From an uncultured virus (IMG/VR IMGVR_UViG_3300044974_001201) (lineage: Duplodnaviria; Heunggongvirae; Uroviricota; Caudoviricetes): a DNA stretch of 64,000 bases. This document shows, in pieces, positions 1-8,839 of the stretch. The first letter of the stretch is position 1. Every line of letters starts with the position of its first letter. Made by a program: the position numbers and the translations under genes. The notes below the pieces were generated by a model. That model did not search any database, was not told the DNA's origin, and saw only the letters and a list, made by a program, of their open reading frames with translations. The DNA is taken from IMG/VR virus record IMGVR_UViG_3300044974_001201, one strand, 5' to 3'.

Positions 1-130
1 CCGAGGCAAGCGTTCCGATCGACGTAGCGAGGCTCGAACGGGTTGCCAACCCTACCCTCGCTAACACTGGTAAACATGGGCTTTCTCAGTCTCCTTAGAA
101 AGCCTCACCCTTCAGGATGAGGTCGTTTAC
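1..130 (-). mobile_element. End of an IS200/IS605-superfamily (IscB/ISC-type) element with the 5' part of an omegaRNA (HEARO-like) scaffold; continues beyond the window edge
   Basis: Minus strand reads GTAAACGACCTCATCCTGAAGGGTGAGGCTTTCT..AGAAAGCCCATGTTTACCAG..TAGCGAGG..CCTCGCTACGT. GTAAAC/GTTTAC close nested hairpins, matching the remembered IscB omegaRNA layout GTCAAC-CCCnnnCTAAAGnnnGGG-GCTT..AAGCCC..GTTGACCAG..CTACGTT. Confidence 0.75.
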
Positions 131-1155
131 GCGGCGACCTCCGCACCGACGGCCCGCGGGCCATAGGCCGCGAGCAACCCTAGCGCCTCGCAGAACGCCT
201 CTTCTGCGTTCTTCTGCGCGTAGTCGCTGATCCAGTGCCCGCCCTTGCGGAACGCTTCCCACGCGGCCTGCGCAGCCCCGGAGAGCGACGTTCGCCATAC
301 GTGGTGCCCCGCCTCGTGGGCGAGCGTTCGCGCAAGTTCCCGCGGCGTCTCGTCCGCTGCGAGCGACGCGCACACCTCGACGGTGCGCCTCGACGGCTCG
401 TAGCCACCCGCCACCCGCACGCCGTCGGAAACGCACTCCACGGTGAGCACGAGCGGCGGCATCCTCGCGAGGAGCCACGGCACGCGCCGCTGCACCCGGA
501 GCAGCCGCAGCGCCTCCGCGAGCACGTCGAGCGCCCGCGCCGCGGTGCGCTCCGCCATCGGTCGCAAGCCGACGCTCACGCCCTCGACGACGACCCGTTC
601 CGCGCGAGCAACGTACAGGGTGACGGGGCGACTCGACGCGAGCGACGCAAGGTCCGCGAACGCCACTTGCGCCCGCGACCACGCCGCGCGCTCCCACTCG
701 CCACGGCGCCGTGTGAACGTCTGGAACGCATCGCGTTGCCACGCGGCGAGGCTCCGCTCCTCGATCGGCGGGGAGAACACACCGGGCGCGAGCGAGACCT
801 TCGCGACGAACGAGGCGACCGCCTTCGGTGCGATGCCCGCAGCGTCGAGGCCCGCGCGCAGTCCGCGGAGGTAGGCGCCGTAGGTCGCCGCGAGTTCCGC
901 TAGCGTGTCGCGTGCACGGAGCGCCTCGCGGTAGTCGCCCGCGTTGCGTGCGGCGGTGATGGCGGCGAGGTACGCGCGGCGGAACGCTTCGACGAGGGCG
1001 GGCGTGAGCGGGATGCGCTCCGTCGCATCGCCGCCGAACACGCGAGCATCGGGCAACTCGACGGAGTGCCACGAGCCGCGAGCGCGAGGGGTAGCGGCGA
1101 AGGGGAGTTCGCGCTGCGGGGAGGCGTCGTGGCGTTGTCGGCGAGGGCGGGGCAC
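127..1155 (-). CDS. Zincin-type metallopeptidase-domain protein; C-terminus probably clipped by the IS insertion
   Basis: LAHEAGHH (HExxH) plus SDYAQKNAEEAFCEA third-ligand motif; GTG start at 1155 inferred; stop TAA lies inside the IS end. Confidence 0.75.
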   Translation of the reverse strand: MPRPRRQRHDASPQRELPFAATPRARGSWHSVELPDARVFGGDATERIPLTPALVEAFRRAYLAAITAARNAGDYREALRARDTLAELAATYGAYLRGLRAGLDAAGIAPKAVASFVAKVSLAPGVFSPPIEERSLAAWQRDAFQTFTRRRGEWERAAWSRAQVAFADLASLASSRPVTLYVARAERVVVEGVSVGLRPMAERTAARALDVLAEALRLLRVQRRVPWLLARMPPLVLTVECVSDGVRVAGGYEPSRRTVEVCASLAADETPRELARTLAHEAGHHVWRTSLSGAAQAAWEAFRKGGHWISDYAQKNAEEAFCEALGLLAAYGPRAVGAEVAA

Positions 1156-1195
1156 GCGGCGAGCGTACACCACTCCGCGGGGCGAGGGGAATGGC

Positions 1196-1519
1196 CTAGC
1201 GCGTGCGGCGCTTCTTCTCGCGAACGTAGTCGGGCGCCCGGAGCCCCTTGCGCTCGTAAGCGTTGACCACGAGAAGCCGCGCCTTGCCGCGACCGTAGCG
1301 GTCGACCACGACCATCGCCGCGTCGCGCGCGTCGAAGAATGGGTACGTCCCCTTCGGCATACCGTTCGGGAACGCCTCATCGACGTGGATCTTGAACTCC
1401 GGCCCCGTGCCGGTCGCGTTGCCCATCGGCCCCGCGGTGAGTTCGTCGGTGACAATCACCATCCCGTCACGCAGCGCCCGCGCGACGTAATGGAGTGCTT
1501 CGGACTTGAGAATGCCCAT
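1196..1519 (-). CDS. Hypothetical protein
   Basis: 107-aa ORF with protein-like composition, GGAGGA RBS. Confidence 0.7.
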   Translation of the reverse strand: MGILKSEALHYVARALRDGMVIVTDELTAGPMGNATGTGPEFKIHVDEAFPNGMPKGTYPFFDARDAAMVVVDRYGRGKARLLVVNAYERKGLRAPDYVREKKRRTR

Positions 1520-1576
1520 CGTTTCCTCCGCGCGGCGTTGCCCGATTTGTAGTCGGGCGTCAATCGCTCGATGCGA

Positions 1577-1864
1577 TCACTTCGGGTTGTGCAGGTAGCC
1601 CGCGGGGAACAGCCGCGCACACTCACTCCCGACGGGGTAGAACCCCATGTAGCCATCGTCGTTCTCGTCGGCCTTCTCGCCGATCGGGACGAAGCGATTG
1701 CCGCCGTCGGCGACCTCCGCGAACTTCGCGGGCGAGGAGTTCTTGACGGGCTTGCCGCAAATCACGCACGGCGTCGCGTCGTCGCCGCACTTGCCTTCGT
1801 TCTTCGAGTAGTTCGCGCCGCTGAAGGGGGAGGGGACGGGCTTCTCGGTGCTCGTGGTTGCCAT
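1577..1864 (-). CDS. Small CxxC-containing hypothetical protein
   Basis: CVICGK and GSEC motifs; directly downstream of a conserved promoter repeat. Confidence 0.75.
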   Translation of the reverse strand: MATTSTEKPVPSPFSGANYSKNEGKCGDDATPCVICGKPVKNSSPAKFAEVADGGNRFVPIGEKADENDDGYMGFYPVGSECARLFPAGYLHNPK

Positions 1865-1949
1865 GCCCCTTCTACGCCTCGTGGCGACCGAACCTTACGG
1901 GCCGACGAAACTATTTCGGGAGCCCGCCTCGCGTGATAGCCTGCGCGGC

Positions 1950-2327
1950 GTGAAAACTGCCACTAAGGGACTCAGTGCGGACACGATGCGCCGGTTGCTC
2001 ACCGCCGTTCGCAAGCACGGCGCCGCGGTGCTCAAGTTGCCGGTCGCCATCGAACTGCTCGCGAAGGCGACGCCCGCACAACGCAAGCGCGTCAAGGCCG
2101 TGCAGAACGAACCCGCGGGGCTGCTCTACCGCACGACGGACCGTGAGACGGGCGCAGTCGGGTCGGTGTACCTCGCGAGCGAGCAAGGCGTTGACGCCGA
2201 CACGAAGTACGTCGTGGTGTGTGAAACGCACTCGAACACACTCGCCGACGAGACGCTCAAGGTCGCGAAGCGCGACGCAGCGAACACCCGTGACTGGTGC
2301 GACGGGTGCCAGTCGAAGCGACGCTGA
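1950..2327 (+). CDS. Hypothetical protein with C-terminal Cys/His cluster
   Basis: CETH and WCDGC motifs; GTG start inferred. Confidence 0.6.
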   Translation: MKTATKGLSADTMRRLLTAVRKHGAAVLKLPVAIELLAKATPAQRKRVKAVQNEPAGLLYRTTDRETGAVGSVYLASEQGVDADTKYVVVCETHSNTLADETLKVAKRDAANTRDWCDGCQSKRR

Positions 2328-2360
2328 ATACGCGACTGCGCGGGAGCGTATACTCTCGCG

Positions 2361-3026
2361 ATGCCCACGCACGCCACCATCGTCGCTCCGCCCGCGGAGA
2401 AGCTCAACGTTCGCGAGAAGATCCTCCTCGCCGCGATCACCCTCGAAGCCGAAACGTTCGATACGGACACCCTCGTCGTGTGCGCGTGGAAGCGTTACCC
2501 CGAGTCGTTCTCACTCGGAGCACACCCTTACCCCGACTCGAACGCGGTGATCGCGAGGCTCTGCGGCAAGGACGGCCTCGTCGGTCTCCGGTGGTTCGAG
2601 CGCCCCGCGCCGGGAACGTTCCGCGTGACGAAGGCGGGTCGCAACCACGCGATCGACCTCGACGTGCGGGGGCGCGAGGTGCGCAACCGCGAGCGCAAGG
2701 CTTCGCAGAAGCGATCCTCGCGACCGAAGCCGCCCGAGCCTGCCATCGCCCCGAAGGCGTTCGCCGAACGCGATATCCTCGCCGTCTCTCGCCTCGCGAA
2801 GTCGCCCGCGTTCGCCCGCTTCAACCGGGCCGTCGCGCTCACCGCCGACGATGCGCGCGAGTTCTGGTTCCGCACGACGCCCGACTCGGTACGCGAGTTG
2901 ATCGACCGCGCCTGCGACTACGTGATCGGCGCCCGACGGCCCGACGGACGTGTGCCCGAAGTCGGCACGCTCGGGGTGCTCCGCAACCTCAACTCGACGC
3001 TGGCGCTCAGGTTCCCGCCCACGTAG
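2361..3026 (+). CDS. Hypothetical protein with winged-helix-like N-terminal domain
   Basis: LVVCAWKRYPESF..YPDSN..GL..W..FRVTKAGR wing pattern; TATACT 7 nt upstream of the ATG. Confidence 0.7.
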   Translation: MPTHATIVAPPAEKLNVREKILLAAITLEAETFDTDTLVVCAWKRYPESFSLGAHPYPDSNAVIARLCGKDGLVGLRWFERPAPGTFRVTKAGRNHAIDLDVRGREVRNRERKASQKRSSRPKPPEPAIAPKAFAERDILAVSRLAKSPAFARFNRAVALTADDAREFWFRTTPDSVRELIDRACDYVIGARRPDGRVPEVGTLGVLRNLNSTLALRFPPT

Positions 3027-3064
3027 CCCTTGCCATCGCGGACGTTTGCGGGCATTTTCGCGGG

Positions 3065-3853
3065 ATGTACACCGCCGCGATCGGACGCCACGTTTCCGCA
3101 GTTTCCCACCGCCACTACGCCACCGCCGCCCTTGAGGCGTCGCTCCTCGCCCGCATTCACCGCAGCAAGACCGCGCGCGTGATCGACGGGCGCGGGCACG
3201 TCACTCGCGTGGCGGCGCTCTCCCGTGGCCCCGTGGGGCGCCGCAAGGCCCACCGCAACCCCGACTGGGGCACCGCGAGCGAGGTGACCCTCCGCGATGC
3301 GATGCTCTCCCTCGACGCGGGCGCATGGCGTGAGTTCCACAAGCGGTACGACAAGCTGATCGCCAGCGCGGCCGACAAGGTCGTGAGCAAGGGTCGCAAC
3401 GCCTCCGACGCGGTGGCCGAGATCAAGGGGAACGTGTACGCGAGCCTCCTCGCGAACGATCTTCACAAACTGCGTGCGTGGGATGCTGCGAGGGGGCAGA
3501 AGCTCGGCTCGTTCGTGCACATGATTGCGGGCAACGCCGCATGGGACTACGTTCGCGGTGGCAAGCGGCGCCGCACCTCGTCCCTCGACACGCCGATGGG
3601 CGACGACGACGACTCGGGCGTGCGGGAGTTCGCCGACGCTTCGCCCGATGCGTTCATGCGCACGGCGTCGCGCGCGGAACTCGCGTCGGTGATGCGGCAC
3701 CTGAGCGACCCGGAGAAGGAACTCGCTGTGCTGCGCTTCGTCGAGGAACTGCCGTCCAAGGAAATCGCGGCCCGCGTGGGCATCGCGCCGGGGACGGTCG
3801 ACGTGAAGATCAACCGCATCCGTGCGAAGCTCGCCGAAGCGATGGCGGGCTAG
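3065..3853 (+). CDS. ECF-type RNA polymerase sigma factor with a basic N-terminal extension ending in RNP
   Basis: Region 2 (AWREFHKRY..KLRAWD..LGSFVHMIAGNAAWDYVR) and region 4 (LSDPEKELAVLRFVEELPSKEIAARVGIAPGTVDVKINRIRAKL). Confidence 0.9.
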   Translation: MYTAAIGRHVSAVSHRHYATAALEASLLARIHRSKTARVIDGRGHVTRVAALSRGPVGRRKAHRNPDWGTASEVTLRDAMLSLDAGAWREFHKRYDKLIASAADKVVSKGRNASDAVAEIKGNVYASLLANDLHKLRAWDAARGQKLGSFVHMIAGNAAWDYVRGGKRRRTSSLDTPMGDDDDSGVREFADASPDAFMRTASRAELASVMRHLSDPEKELAVLRFVEELPSKEIAARVGIAPGTVDVKINRIRAKLAEAMAG

Positions 3854-4053
3854 CGGCGTTCGAGCATCGACCCGGTGCGGACGAAACACGATCCGACGAT
3901 CGCTCCGTACCACCTGATCGCAGCCTCGTCGAACGACGAAATCCCATCACGCTTCACCGGCACGAGGTTGCGCAGTCGGCGCCGCGTCTCGGCGACGATG
4001 CGCTTCTGCGCACGGGCGCGCTGCTTCTGAACGTGGCGGCGGCGCTTGTTCAC
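3850..4053 (-). CDS. Small basic hypothetical protein
   Basis: GTGA start/stop coupling with the upstream ORF. Confidence 0.4.
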   Translation of the reverse strand: MNKRRRHVQKQRARAQKRIVAETRRRLRNLVPVKRDGISSFDEAAIRWYGAIVGSCFVRTGSMLERR

Positions 4054-4196
4054 AGCGCGCTCCCTGCGGTTGCGATCGCCAGCGCGTCGAGGTCTCGCGC
4101 GAACGATGCGTGGCGCTTCTGGAACCCGCGGAACCATGCGTTGGCCTTCTCGCCGCGACGGCGGGCCTTCTGGAGACGACGACGAGTCTTGTTCAC
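4050..4196 (-). CDS. Small basic hypothetical protein
   Basis: GTGA coupling on both sides, AAGGAG RBS. Confidence 0.45.
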   Translation of the reverse strand: MNKTRRRLQKARRRGEKANAWFRGFQKRHASFARDLDALAIATAGSAL

Positions 4197-4450
4197 GAGT
4201 TTTCTCCTTCGAGTGCGAGGCGGTAGTGCTCGACGAGCGCGCGTGTGTTCCTCGCCGTGTCGAGCGCGGCACCGTGCTTGAGCGTGAGCCCGTAGCACAC
4301 CGCTTGTTTCATCGCCGTGGGTTCGGCGAGGTAGTCCGCGCGGGCGGCAGCGAGTTCCGCGCCGATGCGCTCCGCGGTGGCGACCGCGCGGCGCGCGATC
4401 TCTTGCGAGGCGACGTACGCCTCGCGCATGTATTCTTGTTCTGTTCGCAT
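4193..4450 (-). CDS. Hypothetical helical protein
   Basis: 85-aa ORF, AAGGGG RBS. Confidence 0.6.
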   Translation of the reverse strand: MRTEQEYMREAYVASQEIARRAVATAERIGAELAAARADYLAEPTAMKQAVCYGLTLKHGAALDTARNTRALVEHYRLALEGENS

Positions 4451-4466
4451 CGTTGCCCCTTCGCGC

Positions 4467-4685
4467 TCAAATGAGCCTGTACGCGGCGCGGTGCACGAAC
4501 CCGCGCCCGAAGCCCGCTGCGTCGTACAGCGACGCGCTCACGTTGTACTCGTCGCACGCATCGCGCACTTCTTCGAGTGTGCGAGGCTGCTCCGCGATGG
4601 CGGCGAGCGCGTCGTTCGCCTCCGCGGTCCATCCTGCGGAGAAGGTCACGGAGTAGGTGACGGGTTCGGTGGTCGCGGTGTTCAT
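4467..4685 (-). CDS. Hypothetical protein
   Basis: Directly downstream of the conserved promoter repeat at 4686-4740. Confidence 0.7.
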   Translation of the reverse strand: MNTATTEPVTYSVTFSAGWTAEANDALAAIAEQPRTLEEVRDACDEYNVSASLYDAAGFGRGFVHRAAYRLI

Positions 4686-4746
4686 GGTGGCCCCTTCTAC
4701 GTCGCCAGCCGAGGCGACCTTACGTCGCCCCGATTGAATTGCTCGT

Positions 4747-5043
4747 TCACCGCGCTGCGCGGGCGCGGATCAACTCCGCGCGCAGCGACTCGCGAGTCGG
4801 CGCGAACACTTGCACCATGCGCTCGCCGACTACCATCCACGGGTAGTTGCGAGAGTACGAGGGCCGCGACTCCTCTGTCATCTCCACCCCTTCGATCGCG
4901 AACTGCTGCGAGTCTACCAGCGCGCGGGCGACCTTCGTCTTGGTCATCCCGCATCGCGTCGCGACCTCCGCCGCCGTCACGGCTCGTCCCGTCTCGACGT
5001 ACATTTCCATGATTGCGACTCGGACAACTTCGGCGGTGTTCAT
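4747..5043 (-). CDS. Small HTH-like protein
   Basis: VTAAEVATRCGMTKTKVARAL helix-turn-helix pattern; promoter repeat upstream. Confidence 0.7.
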   Translation of the reverse strand: MNTAEVVRVAIMEMYVETGRAVTAAEVATRCGMTKTKVARALVDSQQFAIEGVEMTEESRPSYSRNYPWMVVGERMVQVFAPTRESLRAELIRARAAR

Positions 5044-5137
5044 AGTGCCTCTTGTACGCTTCGACTCGCGGCGACCTTACGTCGCCCCGGTTGAATTGCG
5101 ACGCCCCCGACGCCGTGGGCAATCGGGGGCGCGGTGG

Positions 5138-5728
5138 CTACTCGTCGCTCTCTTCGGGGAGGTCGCGCAGAAGGTCCGCGAGTTCCTCCGCGGGGTCGTC
5201 GGCTTCGGAAGGGCCGAACTCCTCCCACGCCGCGCGCCACCCGCCACGGTCGACGTCTACGTCGGACTCCGCGTCGCCCGTCGGTTCGGGGAGGCGCTCG
5301 AACTCGTCGGCGACGTTGCCGTCGAGTTCGCTCTCCTCGTCGGGCGAGAAATCCTCCCACGTCTGGATGAACGCGTCCGCGGACTGGCCCTTGTCGCCCT
5401 CCTGCCACTTCTCGGAGCGCCCGTCGTACACCTCCCGCATACGCGAGGCGACCTCCTCGACGAATTCCTTCGCCTCGGTCATCACGTCGTTGTACGCGTT
5501 CACCGCGTCGGAGTGTGCATCCGCCGCGGTGCAGACGGCGAACGCGATTTCGGTACGCTCGTCGTCGGAGAAGTCGAGCGGCGTAAGCATGATGCGAGCC
5601 GCGTATGCGGCAGTGCGCTCCAGCGCGACGTTGTATTCGGCGATGGCGCTCGCGAGCGCGTTCTGCGCCTCGTCGCACTTGTCCGCCAGTTTTTCTCGCG
5701 TCTTGCCCTCTGCCTTCGTGATCTTCAT
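5138..5728 (-). CDS. Acidic helical hypothetical protein
   Basis: Very Asp/Glu-rich; RSEKWQEGDKGQ motif; promoter repeat upstream. Confidence 0.75.
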   Translation of the reverse strand: MKITKAEGKTREKLADKCDEAQNALASAIAEYNVALERTAAYAARIMLTPLDFSDDERTEIAFAVCTAADAHSDAVNAYNDVMTEAKEFVEEVASRMREVYDGRSEKWQEGDKGQSADAFIQTWEDFSPDEESELDGNVADEFERLPEPTGDAESDVDVDRGGWRAAWEEFGPSEADDPAEELADLLRDLPEESDE

Positions 5729-5865
5729 GGTGGCCCTTCTACGCAACGGGGCGCCGAGTTCTTTACGTCACCCGTCGGTTTTCTCGCAGCGCCTTGTTTC
5801 GCAGCGTGCGGGAGAAAACCGACGGCCCGCCGTAAGGTTGCCGTCGCCCGCCACGTAGAAGGGGC
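5729..5865. promoter_or_regulatory. Back-to-back pair of the conserved promoter repeat (type example of about 26 copies)
   Basis: Plus: AAAACCGACGG..CGTAAGGTT-N16-CGTAGAAGGGGC-ATG. Minus: AAAACCGACGG..CGTAAAGAAC-N15-CGTAGAAGGGCCACC-ATG. Confidence 0.8.
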
Positions 5866-6600
5866 ATGACCACCACGAAGAAAACGGTCAAGGGAACCTG
5901 CGGCGCCTGTTTCCGCAAGATGGCGCTCGACGCGAACGGTCGCGTTCTGCGCCACGGGTGGCGCGAAGTCGGCGGGCGGCGTGTCGGTTCGTACGGCAAC
6001 GTCTACCACTCGGGTCCGTGCTTCGGCGTCGCACGCCTCCCGTTCGAGGTGTCGCCCGACTGCACCATCGCGTTCGTCGCGGAGGTGCTCCTGCCGATGG
6101 CACTCGCCACTGGCACGCGCATCGACGCGCTGGCGGCGAACCCGCCGATCAAATACACGGGTTGCGTTACCGTCGGGTATGGCCGCGAGGAGCGCGAGTG
6201 GGGAGCGTTCGAGGTTCGTGTTCAACACGGCGAGGGCGAGACGCGCCCGCTGCGCTGGTACGGTGAGGCGCTTCACGAAGATTCCAACGCGCGCATCCCG
6301 TCGTACGCCGCGCTGCACAAGGTCGCCGTGCGGGAACTCACGGACAAGCGCGACGCGATCGCCAGCGACGCGATGCACTGCCTCCGCGCGATCGAGACGT
6401 GGGCGCCCGCCGCGGTCGCCACGGTCGAGAAGAAGGGTGCGCTCGTGCACGCGCACGGCTCGCACCCCGTGCTCGCGGCGTGTGGGCGGCGCCTCATTTC
6501 GTTGTCGGGCGCGAGAATCCACGTCGCGAAGAATGTCGAAGCGGCGACGTGCCCGAAGTGCCTCGCGAACCTCGCGAAGAAATCGGCGGCGACGGTGTAA
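5866..6600 (+). CDS. Zn-finger-like protein, paralogue A
   Basis: GTCGAC..H..C and H..C..CPKC motifs. Confidence 0.8.
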   Translation: MTTTKKTVKGTCGACFRKMALDANGRVLRHGWREVGGRRVGSYGNVYHSGPCFGVARLPFEVSPDCTIAFVAEVLLPMALATGTRIDALAANPPIKYTGCVTVGYGREEREWGAFEVRVQHGEGETRPLRWYGEALHEDSNARIPSYAALHKVAVRELTDKRDAIASDAMHCLRAIETWAPAAVATVEKKGALVHAHGSHPVLAACGRRLISLSGARIHVAKNVEAATCPKCLANLAKKSAATV

Positions 6601-6630
6601 GGTTGCTGCAACTGGCGGCATACGAGAGGC

Positions 6631-7197
6631 ATGGCAACCACGAAGATTACGGTCAAGGGCACTTGCGGCGCGTGTTTCCTGCCGATGGCGCTCGACGTGG
6701 ACGGTCGCGTAAAGCGCCACGACTGGCGCGAGCCCGGTGTGCGCCGAGCGGCGGTGTACGGCAACGCGGACCATCATGGCCCGTGCTTCGGGAGCAATCG
6801 CCTCCCGTTCGAGTTATCGCCCGACTGCACCGTCGCGTTCGTGGCGGATGTACTCCTGCCAATGGCGCTCGACACGGGTGCGCAACTCGACGCGCTCGAT
6901 GCGCAGGCCGCCCTCCGCGATGCCGCGGCACAGGAACTCACCAAGCGGCGCGATTACATCGCCAGCGACGCGGCGTACTGCCTTCGTGCGATCGAGACGT
7001 GGGCTCTCGCGGAGGTTGTCACCGTCAAGAAGAAGCCGCGGCTCGTGCACGCACGCGGTTCTTACCGCGGCTTCACGGCGTGTGCGCGCCGCATCACGTC
7101 GTTCTATGCGAACCGCGCCGTGACTGAGAATGCCGACGCGGCGACGTGCCCGAAGTGCCTCGCGAGCCTCGCGAAGAAATCGGCGGCGACGGCGTAA
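6631..7197 (+). CDS. Zn-finger-like protein, paralogue B (lacks the central region of A)
   Basis: Shares GTCGACF, GPCFG, LPFE.SPDCT.AFVA.VLLPMAL, CLRAIETWA and AATCPKCLA.LAKKSAAT with 5866-6600. Confidence 0.8.
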   Translation: MATTKITVKGTCGACFLPMALDVDGRVKRHDWREPGVRRAAVYGNADHHGPCFGSNRLPFELSPDCTVAFVADVLLPMALDTGAQLDALDAQAALRDAAAQELTKRRDYIASDAAYCLRAIETWALAEVVTVKKKPRLVHARGSYRGFTACARRITSFYANRAVTENADAATCPKCLASLAKKSAATA

Positions 7198-7231
7198 GGT
7201 TGCCGTCACTCGGAGCGTAAGAGAGGACACC

Positions 7232-7675
7232 ATGAACACGACGCACGCCCCCTCCGTCCGCTACGTCATCGCCACCTCCTTCGACTCGGCGAAGTGCTTC
7301 GCCGTCCCCGCGGCGTGGGTCGGCGCGGCGATCGACCTTCTGCGCTTCGCTGCGGAGTTCCCCCACCGCGCGTCGTGCATTGCGCAACTGCGCGACTGCG
7401 ACGAGGGCTGGTACGTCTCGCGAGACGCGAGCACCGGAGCGGTCGAGAAACCGTCCGATGCCATTCTCGCGATCGCACGTTCCGCGGAGATCCTCGGTCG
7501 CGCGAAGGGCGTTCTGCGCTACGACGTGCTCGACGCCGCTGGGATCGTCGTTGAAACGTTCTTGCACGACGAACCGTTCATGGCGCTCGGACGTGCCGCA
7601 AGCCCCACGTATTACGACAAGGCGCCCCTGAGCGTTCGCCCGGTCGTGTGCGGTGCAGCGCGAACAACCGGGTGA
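7232..7675 (+). CDS. Hypothetical protein
   Basis: Promoter repeat and GAGAGG RBS upstream. Confidence 0.7.
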   Translation: MNTTHAPSVRYVIATSFDSAKCFAVPAAWVGAAIDLLRFAAEFPHRASCIAQLRDCDEGWYVSRDASTGAVEKPSDAILAIARSAEILGRAKGVLRYDVLDAAGIVVETFLHDEPFMALGRAASPTYYDKAPLSVRPVVCGAARTTG

Positions 7676-7932
7676 CCATCACCACCGCGACGCCGCTCAC
7701 CGCGGAGAACGTCGAGCGGGCGTGCAACTCGCACTTCCGGTCGGCGCTCGCGATGCACCACACGATGGGGCGGCTCACGTCGATGCGCGTGCTCCCGATC
7801 GGGAGCCAGCGATCGTTCAGCATCAGTTTCACCCCGTACGAGGCGACCATCACGGACGACGACTCGGGGCGCCGCGAGCACTTCGCCGACGAGTTCGCGC
7901 GCAGGTTCGGCGGCAAGCGGGTCGGCGGCTAG
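7672..7932 (+). CDS. Hypothetical protein
   Basis: GTGA coupling with the upstream ORF. Confidence 0.5.
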   Translation: MTITTATPLTAENVERACNSHFRSALAMHHTMGRLTSMRVLPIGSQRSFSISFTPYEATITDDDSGRREHFADEFARRFGGKRVGG

Positions 7933-8819
7933 TACCGCAGCATGGCCCCCGTGATCGTGCCCTCGTCGGAGAACAGCGGCGCGGTCGCGGGGTCCGCCAG
8001 CGCCTCCGCCAGCGACCGCTGCGCACCATCCACGAGCACTACGCCCGCCACGAAGCGGGGCTGCTGCGAGTAGTCGTAGTACGTCCGCGAGTGCACCGTC
8101 GAGAGCGACTGCACGCGGGCGCCCGACGCATCCCACCCGCCGTAGATCGCGCACTTGTCGGGCGTGTTGCGCCGCATGTTCGTGAGCACGTAGTCCTTCG
8201 AGAAATCGCTCACGATTCCGGTACGCCCCGCGCGTCTCGCTTCGATGGCGGCGCTCGACGTGACGAACGTTCGCGGCGACTGCCGGTCGGCGGAGTACGC
8301 GCGGAACGGCACCCGCGCCGTCGCGCTGGCGTGGATCGCGTCCACCATCTTGCGCGTCGGGAGCGAGACGCCGTAGTGGTCGGCGATGCGCTGCGCCGTA
8401 ACGACGCTCACGGGGGCGTGGAACGGCGCGGAGTCGGGACCGACGCACAAGGGCATGGACGCGCAGAAGAACGTCCCCGTGCGCCCGCCAGCCGTCGCCG
8501 TGACGGGCACAAACTGCGACGGGGCGACGATGCCGGTCGGGACGTTCCCCGCGAGGGCGGTGTCGAGCACGGCGCGCTCGTACTGCGCGGCGGTCATCGA
8601 GGCGACGGCGGCGGCGAAGTCGGTGAGCACCGGGGCGGGAGGTGACGGCATCGTGGGCACTGTAGGCGGGCGAGGGGTGGCGGGGAGGGGCGTCGGAGTG
8701 GCGGGCACGGCGACGGAGGGCGCCGCGCTGCGGGGCCATAGGATCACGGCGAGGCCGGTCACCGCGGCAACGCCAGCGGCAACCTCGACGCCGTTCTGCG
8801 AGAGCCATGATCGGGGCAT
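7929..8819 (-). CDS. N-terminally anchored protein: Pro-rich linker plus conserved bacterial domain of unknown (possibly cell-wall-related) function
   Basis: MPRSWLSQNG-TM; GNVP, TAQRIAD..LPTRKMVDAI, KDYV, AIYGGW..VQSLS.VH..YYDYSQ motifs. Confidence 0.75.
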   Translation of the reverse strand: MPRSWLSQNGVEVAAGVAAVTGLAVILWPRSAAPSVAVPATPTPLPATPRPPTVPTMPSPPAPVLTDFAAAVASMTAAQYERAVLDTALAGNVPTGIVAPSQFVPVTATAGGRTGTFFCASMPLCVGPDSAPFHAPVSVVTAQRIADHYGVSLPTRKMVDAIHASATARVPFRAYSADRQSPRTFVTSSAAIEARRAGRTGIVSDFSKDYVLTNMRRNTPDKCAIYGGWDASGARVQSLSTVHSRTYYDYSQQPRFVAGVVLVDGAQRSLAEALADPATAPLFSDEGTITGAMLRY

Positions 8820-8839
8820 GGGAGCGGCGCGGCGAGAGG

